A stretch of 64,000 bases of DNA from an uncultured Nitrososphaerota archaeon (GTDB lineage: Archaea > Korarchaeota > Korarchaeia > Korarchaeales > Korarchaeaceae): contig CAZUBM010000004.1 of NCBI GenBank assembly GCA_964618805.1, positions 32,001 through 96,000 on the forward strand. Reading direction: 5' to 3'. Both the position numbers and the translations under genes were made by a program. The notes beneath the pieces were generated by a model that worked only from the letters and a program-made list of their open reading frames with translations, searched no databases and was not told where the DNA came from. Shown piece by piece: positions 56,848 to 64,000 of this stretch; positions within the stretch are counted from its first letter, which is position 1, and every line of letters starts with the position of its first letter.

Positions 56848-58200
56848 TCATCCTTTTGAAGAAAGTAATCTCTCAGCGGTTTCATAACCCTTCCTCATAA
56901 CTTCATTTTCATCTAAAATCGTAAATTGCCGTTTTTCCAACAAAATTCTTCCATTAACGATTACTGTGTCCACATTTTCAGGAGTGGCCGAGTAAACCAC
57001 GGCCCCCATTGGGTCATAGGAATGCACAGTATTTACCTTCCACATGTCTAAGATGATCAAATCCGCTAGATATCCTTCCTTTATAACTCCAGCTTTAATC
57101 CCCAGAGCCTTTGCCCCGTTTACTGTAGCCATCCTTAGCACATCTTTAGCTGTTATTATTGCTGGATTTTCGTGGTATACCTTATGAAGAAGGGCGGCAG
57201 TCTTCATTTCGCTGAAGAAATCTTGCCTTCCAGTGCTTGCAGGTCCGTCAGTAGCCAAACAAACGTTCACGCCCTTATTAGCGAGTTCTATTATAGGAGA
57301 AACACCATCAGCAATGTACATATTCGAAGTAGGACAATGTACTGTATTAGATCTCGTTTCTCCTAGATAAGAGATCTCCTTATCGTTTAACTTGCATGCA
57401 TGGACCCCTATGAACTTCTCATCCAATATTCCTAGGTCATAAAGGAGTTCTGCATCCCTCTTTCCTTCCCTTTTAACGAGAAGCTGCACATCTGGTTCGC
57501 TTTCAGCGAGGTGAGTGTAATAATTCCTACCGAACCTGTCCGCAAGCTCTTTTGCCGCCACAAGGAGGTCATTTGATACGAAGCAAGGGTGCATTGGACC
57601 TGGCATGACGTTATCGTACCTCTCCATTAACCGCTTTAAGTCGTCCAGGACATCCTCAGCCTTCTCACAAAGGGGCTCGTATGCTTCAATCTCATAAAAA
57701 CCCCTGGATAGGTAACCCCTTATTTTGGTGTCCTCAAATGCCTTCAAGACCGCCTCAAAGTGGGGGTTTCCGTAGTGCATCTCAGTTATTGTAGTTACTC
57801 CGCTCTTGATGTTCTCCGCTATGCCTAACACTGCTCCGTTGTAAACGTCCTCATAACTCATTTTAGGCACAATGGGCCAAATGGCCGTTTTTAGCCAATC
57901 AAGAAGTATCATGTCAGCCCCAACCGTCCTAAGAAGAACCTGAAACATGTGGCAGTGCATGTTGATGAATCCCGGGAGGATGTACTTCCCCCTTGCCTCT
58001 ATGACTTTGTCGGCCGAGAAGGATTCTCCTTCAAATCTGCTTCCAACGAACTTTATCTCGCTGTTCCTGATTAGAACCGAGCCCTCCTCTAGTACACCTT
58101 TCTCATCGTCCATCGTGATTACAGTTCCACCAAGTATAAGCGTATCCAAGTTGATCCCCAACTCTGGATCACAAAGCCTTTTTCTTTTAAGCTGCTCCAT
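56848..58200 (-). CDS. Amidohydrolase (MTA/SAH deaminase-like)
   Basis: PGFINMHCH, THLAES, HCPTSNM, LATDG, ATVNGAKALG. Confidence 0.85.
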   Translation of the reverse strand: MEQLKRKRLCDPELGINLDTLILGGTVITMDDEKGVLEEGSVLIRNSEIKFVGSRFEGESFSADKVIEARGKYILPGFINMHCHMFQVLLRTVGADMILLDWLKTAIWPIVPKMSYEDVYNGAVLGIAENIKSGVTTITEMHYGNPHFEAVLKAFEDTKIRGYLSRGFYEIEAYEPLCEKAEDVLDDLKRLMERYDNVMPGPMHPCFVSNDLLVAAKELADRFGRNYYTHLAESEPDVQLLVKREGKRDAELLYDLGILDEKFIGVHACKLNDKEISYLGETRSNTVHCPTSNMYIADGVSPIIELANKGVNVCLATDGPASTGRQDFFSEMKTAALLHKVYHENPAIITAKDVLRMATVNGAKALGIKAGVIKEGYLADLIILDMWKVNTVHSYDPMGAVVYSATPENVDTVIVNGRILLEKRQFTILDENEVMRKGYETAERLLSSKG

Positions 58201-58222
58201 AAGAAAATTTCATCAATAAGAG

Positions 58223-58726
58223 TTAGAGGGTTATTATCTTTGCCTCAATCTTTTCTCCTACCCTAAGAATGGCAAAAGAAGGCCTCACTAGGAAGGGAGG
58301 AATTGGATTTGTTGGACTACCCGGGTTTAGGTAAAGCCTACCTTCCTCCACCTTCAAAAGTTGCTTGTGAGTATGTCCAAATATCAAGATATCAAGTTCA
58401 TTTTCTGAGGCTAGCCATCTAGCACTTTCACTTAACCCTATGTACGAGCCTGTATCGTGCTTTATTCCTATTCTCTTGCCATTTACTTCTAATACTTTAA
58501 ACTCCGGAAACTCTCTTCTTATGTCGGGGAGATCCATATTTCCGGCTACGGCTTCAACAGGAGCTAGTTCTCTTAGATCATTGATTACATCAATTGTGAC
58601 GACGTCTCCAGCGTGCAGTATAAGATCAACAGCTGAGAATTGATCTAGAACCTCTTTAGGAATATTCTTCGCTCTTGTAGGTATGTGAGTGTCTGATATC
58701 ACTCCTATCAGAACCTCTTCAGTCAT
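58223..58726 (-). CDS. YfcE/MJ0936-family phosphodiesterase
   Basis: ISDTH, HAGD, AGNMD, FGHTH, NPGS. Confidence 0.9.
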   Translation of the reverse strand: MTEEVLIGVISDTHIPTRAKNIPKEVLDQFSAVDLILHAGDVVTIDVINDLRELAPVEAVAGNMDLPDIRREFPEFKVLEVNGKRIGIKHDTGSYIGLSESARWLASENELDILIFGHTHKQLLKVEEGRLYLNPGSPTNPIPPFLVRPSFAILRVGEKIEAKIITL

Positions 58727-58734
58727 CTAAGCAC

Positions 58735-59046
58735 CTATGGTAGGACCTGTTCCAACTCCCCAGTTTTCGGATTCCATGCCTTTACCTTAGGACCCTTACC
58801 CTTCTTTTCCTTTAGGAGTAGGAACCTGTTTGATTGTTTAAGCGGAATGATGAAGAACTCTTCAACTTCCTCGTTATCATGTAAAAGAACGAGCTTAAAC
58901 TTGTTCTCAGTTTTCTCTTTAGTTAATGGATCCCTATATTCCAGAAGGGCAAACCTCCCCCTTGAATATATCGTTCTTAGCTCTCTCTTTCCTCTCTTAC
59001 TAATGGTAATAGCCTCTTCTAAGTTTTCCTCACTTGCAGGCATCAT
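58735..59046 (-). CDS. Hypothetical basic protein
   Basis: Co-oriented 103-aa ORF in an apparent operon; no family recognised. Confidence 0.6.
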   Translation of the reverse strand: MMPASEENLEEAITISKRGKRELRTIYSRGRFALLEYRDPLTKEKTENKFKLVLLHDNEEVEEFFIIPLKQSNRFLLLKEKKGKGPKVKAWNPKTGELEQVLP

Positions 59047-59124
59047 GAATTAGGACCCCCTCAAGTTTTAAGGTTTGATCGGCTCCAGAGGGATTTTATA
59101 CGCCAAGCATGTACTTGCATTGAT

Positions 59125-59442
59125 ATGCAGAGAAAGAAAATTCAGATAAGGGAAACCCCATCCACAATAACTCCGGTGTTTGCGGATGAGGCTATGGTAG
59201 GAATTTCGATAAAAGCCGTATCTAGAGGCGGAGATGTCAAGAAAGAAGGGGTTATAAGGCTGGGCTTTGTAGACGTTTTAAGAGGACAAATGGTTGCTGA
59301 GATAGTTCTCCTACCTGAAACTGCAAAAGCTCTTTATAACGCGCTGGGCGCAACTCTAAAGAAACTTGATGAGGAGTTAAAGAGCAAGGAGATACCTAAA
59401 CCCGCGAAGAAGGGAGAAATATCAACTGAGTACATAGGGTGA
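59125..59442 (+). CDS. Hypothetical protein (DUF3467-like pattern)
   Basis: PVFADE..IRLGFVD..VAEIVL.PETAKALYNAL pattern. Confidence 0.6.
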   Translation: MQRKKIQIRETPSTITPVFADEAMVGISIKAVSRGGDVKKEGVIRLGFVDVLRGQMVAEIVLLPETAKALYNALGATLKKLDEELKSKEIPKPAKKGEISTEYIG

Positions 59443-59729
59443 TACCCTTGCCCAAAGTTGTAAAGCCCTGTGCTGCAGGCGACTACTATAAGGTGACGCC
59501 AGACGAGAGAATGGAGCTAAACTTAAGGGAGATTGCTCCTTTATTGGAGAAAGCTGGCTACAGGCTTGGATTAGTTTCAGGGGTTATGATAGCTTTTGTG
59601 GGAAGGGGCAAGGAGTTCAGCCTATTTTCAAACGGTAAATTGATGATAAAGGGTGTGGACAGCGCAGATGAGGCTATAAAAGCAGCTGAGGAGATATATA
59701 ACCTGATAGTATCGGAGGTCAAGCACTAA
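59439..59729 (+). CDS. Hypothetical protein
   Basis: GTGA overlap with the upstream gene; SLFSNGKLMIKG TBP-like strand pattern. Confidence 0.6.
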   Translation: MIPLPKVVKPCAAGDYYKVTPDERMELNLREIAPLLEKAGYRLGLVSGVMIAFVGRGKEFSLFSNGKLMIKGVDSADEAIKAAEEIYNLIVSEVKH

Positions 59730-60373
59730 CCCCTAAATTTCACGTTTAAGCTGACATCTAATCCTTCAAAAGCGTCTAAGATCTCAACTTTTATCACTTT
59801 GGAGATCTCATTCTCCTCAGGCATGTTCAATACCACATCTATAGTTTCATCTCGAATGTTGACTGATTTCACCTTTCCCATGCTAACTATGTCCCTACCT
59901 GTCATTGGGTCCAGTACTCCCCTTAACAACGTCATGACGAAGTCCTGATCTAGGGGCCTTCTCCCCTTTTTCACCTCATACTTAGCTATGGCAGTTCTTA
60001 ACCCAGCTACCGAAAGGACCGCACAATGATACTTTATTGCAGGAAGTCCTCCTAATTCCTCTATAATTTCCTTAAAAGTCAGTTTCTTAGCCTCCTCTAG
60101 TGTCTTGCCCTTTACCATCTCGGTCATAACTGAGGTAGTTGCTATGTTCGAAGCACAGCCATAGGAAAGGAATGAAATGTTCTGTATCCTATCCGATTCA
60201 TCTATCTTGAGGAAGATCTTTATCATGTCACCGCAGGCAACGCTTCCAACGGTTGAAGAAACATCTGCGTCCTTCATCTCTCCAACGTTCCTTGGATGCA
60301 TGAAATGATCTATCACCTTTTCAGTGTAGCCTATTCTCTTCCACAATTTCTTGACGTCTTCTCCCATCTCCAT
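59726..60373 (-). CDS. iscU: IscU/NifU Fe-S scaffold fused to a C-terminal DUF59/MIP18-like domain
   Basis: YTEKVIDHFMHPRNVG, ACGD, GCASN, LPAIKYHCA; then VLDPMTGRDIVSMGKV. Confidence 0.9.
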   Translation of the reverse strand: MEMGEDVKKLWKRIGYTEKVIDHFMHPRNVGEMKDADVSSTVGSVACGDMIKIFLKIDESDRIQNISFLSYGCASNIATTSVMTEMVKGKTLEEAKKLTFKEIIEELGGLPAIKYHCAVLSVAGLRTAIAKYEVKKGRRPLDQDFVMTLLRGVLDPMTGRDIVSMGKVKSVNIRDETIDVVLNMPEENEISKVIKVEILDAFEGLDVSLNVKFRG

Positions 60374-60375
60374 GC

Positions 60376-61554
60376 TTAGGACCTCCGATAAAGAGGACTA
60401 ATGCTTCTCATTTCCTTTACTATTTCCTCCAAAACATCCTTGGCATAGAATATCTCCTGTTCAGTAGTCCACTTGCTAAGACCTAGGGTTACTGATCCAT
60501 GAGACTGCTCAAATGAGCCTCCAATTGCCAATATTACGTGACTGGGCAGTAGTTCTCTGCTATAGCATGCTGAAGCAGTATTTACTAATAAGCCTCTCAT
60601 GCTCGCTTTCAACAGAATAGTTTCACCCTCTACGCCAAAGAAAGAGACATTCACGTTGTTGCAGACCCTTCTATCTCCTCTAGGACCATTTAATTTTGTA
60701 TCAGGGATCTCTAAAAGAAGATCCATCAATTTATCCCTCAATTTCCTCATACGGGCTATGTCTTCCTCGGTTATCAGCTCAACTGCTTTTGCAAAGCCCA
60801 CTATGCTTGGTACATCTTCCATTCCAGGTCTAAGACCGAACTCCCTTGGGGAACCGTCTAACAAGGGCTGAAGCTTTGTGCCTTCCTTAATGTATAGGGC
60901 ACCCACGCCCTTAGGACCATGAATGAGTCCTGATGAAAGCGTGAGAAGATCCACATTTATTTTTCTGACATCAATTTTGACCTTACAAAATCCCCAAGAA
61001 GCATCGCTGTGAAATATAACTCCTTTTTCCTCGAAAATATCTCCTATTGCCTTTAAATCCTGAATAGTGCCGATTTCAGGGTTTATAAATTGAATTGAAC
61101 CTAAAATAGCCCCAGATAGAATTTCCTCCAACTTGTCCTGCCTTACAAATCCCTCCGAATCAACGGGTACCAGCTTTGGATCAAAACCAATCTTTCCAAG
61201 CCTTTCTAGACTTCTAAGGACAGAACTCTCCTCAATCTTTGATGAAAGAACCTTTCCCTTCTTTCCAGATGCTAAGGCAACACCTTTAATCGCAAGATTG
61301 TTGCTTTCAACTCTTCCTGATGTAAAGATTATCTCCTCAGGTTTAGCCCCTATTTTCCAAGCTATTTTCTGCCTAGCCTTTTCTAAGGCCTCTGTAGCCT
61401 CCTCTTCCATGCTGTGACCAAATTCTCCTCCAGGAGCTGCATAGATCTCTTGCATGTACTTAACCATTTCTTCAATAACTAAGGGATCAACTTTGGTAGC
61501 TCTCATGTTATCTAGATATACTGGAACTTTTACTGGCATCGATGATCCCTTCAT
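60376..61554 (-). CDS. IscS/NifS-like protein lacking the PLP-binding Lys
   Basis: YLDN..T, IIFTSG..ESNN, HSDA, LSSGLIHGPKGVG (H-K replaced by G-L), ASAC..PSHVILAIG. Confidence 0.88.
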   Translation of the reverse strand: MKGSSMPVKVPVYLDNMRATKVDPLVIEEMVKYMQEIYAAPGGEFGHSMEEEATEALEKARQKIAWKIGAKPEEIIFTSGRVESNNLAIKGVALASGKKGKVLSSKIEESSVLRSLERLGKIGFDPKLVPVDSEGFVRQDKLEEILSGAILGSIQFINPEIGTIQDLKAIGDIFEEKGVIFHSDASWGFCKVKIDVRKINVDLLTLSSGLIHGPKGVGALYIKEGTKLQPLLDGSPREFGLRPGMEDVPSIVGFAKAVELITEEDIARMRKLRDKLMDLLLEIPDTKLNGPRGDRRVCNNVNVSFFGVEGETILLKASMRGLLVNTASACYSRELLPSHVILAIGGSFEQSHGSVTLGLSKWTTEQEIFYAKDVLEEIVKEMRSISPLYRRS

Positions 61555-61756
61555 TTTAATGGGTTAAAAAGATTGAACCGAGATTACAATGGAATTCATT
61601 GGTTCCACCTGAATCACCTGAAATTATCGCCTAAAGACTTCTTACAAGGTAGCAGCGTCGGATTATTTCTAGGACTTATTTAGGTACCCCTAACGAAGGG
61701 GCAGAAAATTCTCTTCCAGTTACATTTATGATTAGTGAGTTCATCAAGGTGTTGGG

Positions 61757-62155
61757 TTGATCAAATACCTCTATGCAGATCCTCTCGAGTGCTCTGGATG
61801 CAAAATATGCGAACTTGTTTGTTCGTTTACTTTCGATAGGATTCTAGATCCAAACAGGGCTAGAATAAGGGCAATCAGCCGAGGACATCTGGACAAAGTT
61901 GTTGTGTGCAAGAACTGTCGAGATGTGCCTTGCGTTGAAGCATGTCCGCAGAAAGCCATTTACCGGGATAAGAGAGGAGTTGTAATAGTAAATGAAGCTA
62001 AGTGCACTGGATGCGGTGTCTGCATAGAGGTCTGCCCACTTGAAGCGATAAAGATACACCCAGACAGGAAAGTTGCAGTGAAATGCGTTCTTTGTGGTTC
62101 TTGCATTGAGTGGTGTCCTGCAGAATGTCTTAAGATTGTTGAAGACACTGATTAA
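61757..62155 (+). CDS. 4x[4Fe-4S] ferredoxin-like protein (DmsB/HycB type)
   Basis: CSGCKICELVC, CKNC..PCVEACP, CTGCGVCIEVCP, KCVLC..CIEWCP. Confidence 0.9.
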   Translation: MIKYLYADPLECSGCKICELVCSFTFDRILDPNRARIRAISRGHLDKVVVCKNCRDVPCVEACPQKAIYRDKRGVVIVNEAKCTGCGVCIEVCPLEAIKIHPDRKVAVKCVLCGSCIEWCPAECLKIVEDTD

Positions 62156-63132
62156 TCCGGAACTATTACAGTTCCTGTTTTACCTTCTAAGGCCTCCACA
62201 GCCTTATTTAGCGATGTAATTATCGCCTTCTCACCATGTGCTTCCTCTATAAACCTTATACAGGCCTTAACTTTCGGTCCCATGCTTCCTGGCAGGAAAT
62301 GTCCCTCATCAAGATATCTTTTGGCCTCAGATACGGTCATTCTGTCAATATCCTTCTCATTTGGCTTCCCATAGTTCAACTTCACCTTCTCCACATCAGT
62401 TAGGATCATGAATATATCAGCATCTATTACCTCTGCCATTCTCTCTCCTGCAAGATCCTTATCTATGACAGCTTCTACCCCTTTCAACATTCCATTCTCG
62501 TCAATTACAGGAATTCCTCCTCCACCTGAGGCTATTACAACGACTCCATTGTCGTACAACAGTTTTATGGGCTCCGCCTCTATAGTCCTTATTGGATCTG
62601 GAGAGGGCACTACTCTCCTATAAGGCTTCTCACCATTAGGCTTAACCTTTCTAATGAAGTATCCCTTTTCCTTCCGATACTTCATAGCGGTCTCGTAGTC
62701 ATAGAATGGCCCTACAGGCTTATGTGGATCCTTAAAATCTGGATCATCCTTATTCACAAGAACTTGAGTGACCACCGTAGCAACGGGCACATTCAATCCT
62801 AGAGCTTTTAGCTTGTTTTGAAGCGTCTGCTGTAGCATGTAGCCTATCTGACCTTGAGTCATTGCACCACATACGTCCATGGGCTGGGATGGTACACGGT
62901 CTGCAGCTTCCTCCTGCTGTATTAACAAAGCACCGACTTGAGGACCATTCCCATGGGTTATCGCTACCTTATAGCCCCTCTTTATGATCTCCACTATGTG
63001 ATTGCACGTTATATCTATGTTCTTTAGCTGCTCCTCGTAAGTTCCCCTTTCATGGGCCTGCTTTATCGCATTCCCCCCTAATGCTATAAGCAGTCTTTTA
63101 CCCCTCACGGTTTTTCCCTCCATTGAGATCAT
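62152..63132 (-). CDS. arcC: Carbamate kinase
   Basis: IALGGNA, THGNGPQVG, RRVVPSP, GGGGIPV, EAVIDKD, GSMGPK. Confidence 0.95.
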   Translation of the reverse strand: MISMEGKTVRGKRLLIALGGNAIKQAHERGTYEEQLKNIDITCNHIVEIIKRGYKVAITHGNGPQVGALLIQQEEAADRVPSQPMDVCGAMTQGQIGYMLQQTLQNKLKALGLNVPVATVVTQVLVNKDDPDFKDPHKPVGPFYDYETAMKYRKEKGYFIRKVKPNGEKPYRRVVPSPDPIRTIEAEPIKLLYDNGVVVIASGGGGIPVIDENGMLKGVEAVIDKDLAGERMAEVIDADIFMILTDVEKVKLNYGKPNEKDIDRMTVSEAKRYLDEGHFLPGSMGPKVKACIRFIEEAHGEKAIITSLNKAVEALEGKTGTVIVPD

Positions 63133-63441
63133 CTAGAGACAGGGTCCTCCCGATTATAAATTAAAAGATTATCAATCATCGTGAGATCACAGATTAAAAG
63201 CCGAAAATATGCGTTCGGAGAGGCACCATTCCAATTTTTTGGCATCAGCATATCTTTGATAAATTAGCGAAACCTAAGCGAAAGAATACAGGCAAATCAA
63301 GGGAATAGCTAGAGTCTTTTTATTTTTGGTTAACCCTTACTCACGACTAATTCACCTCAGGCATATCTATGCGCTCTTTGATGGCCAACGATGCACACAA
63401 GAGATCTCAAACAATTCCAGCTGAGCTAGAGACATTAAAGC

Positions 63442-64000
63442 TTAAATCTTATCCAATAAGCCAGCTGAATAAGCTACAAGCTCCTCTATATTGCATACCC
63501 TTATCTTGTACCTAAGGGCCGGAATCCTTAGGTTGTGATAGCAGGTCGGGCACGCGGTGATGATGTACTCAGCCCCAGCTTCTCTGGCACTCTTTAATAT
63601 AGCGCTGCTCATCCCTGCCCTTATTCTTGGGAATGCCATCCTTATAGGACCTCCACAGCACCTGGATAGCTGCCTAGATCTCTCCATCTCAACAAGCCTA
63701 GTACCTGGGATCGCTTCTATTAGAGACCTTGGGGCATCGTAGAGCCCTTGCCATCTTCCGAGGTGGCAGGGATCGAAGTAGGTGACTACAGCATTAAACT
63801 CCTTCCTCAACTCTATTCTTCCCTCGTCAAGGAGGCTGACTAGAAGTTCTGTGGAATGTTGGACAGATAGCTGGTTGCCTAGGCTGAGGAAGGCCCCATA
63901 GCAAAAAGGACATATTGCAACCAAGCTGCTGATACCTATGGAGCTAAAGATCCTCCTGTTCTTCTCAAGAGAGTCCTTAAACTCTTCCTCAAGTCCAACA
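63442..64000 (-). CDS. CCG-domain Fe-S oxidoreductase (HdrD/GlpC-like), C-terminal part
   Basis: CPFC, YFDPCHLGR, CCGG, TACPTC. The frame continues past the window end. Confidence 0.85.
   Translation of the reverse strand, partial: VGLEEEFKDSLEKNRRIFSSIGISSLVAICPFCYGAFLSLGNQLSVQHSTELLVSLLDEGRIELRKEFNAVVTYFDPCHLGRWQGLYDAPRSLIEAIPGTRLVEMERSRQLSRCCGGPIRMAFPRIRAGMSSAILKSAREAGAEYIITACPTCYHNLRIPALRYKIRVCNIEELVAYSAGLLDKI

Noticed and set aside
1180-63742. Numerous 60-230 aa antisense or overlapping ORFs in the ORF track (e.g. 28541-29233, 3927-4364, 32022-32450)
   Set aside because: They are shadows of well-supported genes on the opposite strand or frame, Ser/Leu/Ile-rich and without motifs.
1-64000. 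CRISPR array, cas genes, rRNA
   Set aside because: No regularly spaced 24-40 bp repeats, cas motifs or rRNA-like segments were seen; nearly all sequence is accounted for by protein-coding genes.

Overview
Gene-dense archaeal chromosomal segment, probably from a thermophilic TACK-type lineage; the taxon cannot be fixed from sequence alone. Archaeal markers are a tRNA with a BHB-type intron, TIP49, Sec61beta, archaeal-type GlyRS/LeuRS/GluRS and TATA-box promoters. Most genes are housekeeping or metabolic (porGDAB, fumarase alpha/beta, DNA ligase, TruD, SurE, carbamate kinase, ABC transporters). No CRISPR array, rRNA or intact transposon was seen. The first 15 kb holds three LAGLIDADG-type inteins in DNA-processing enzymes: Lhr, TIP49, and, most unusually, the catalytic H-x-x-R-H motif of the XerA tyrosine recombinase. 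Other notable items: an MNT-HEPN toxin-antitoxin whose antitoxin carries an IS607/BldC-like HTH, with a perfect 9-bp tandem repeat in its own promoter; two PLP-fold proteins lacking the Schiff-base lysine (a ThrC-like domain fused to a winged HTH, and an IscS-like protein beside an IscU-DUF59 fusion); a MoaD/SAMP gene broken at an A_AAA_AAG slippery heptamer; a candidate C/D-box sRNA; an orphan LysW-like protein; and an RNase HIII-like gene. Family assignments come from motif recognition by eye, not database searches.
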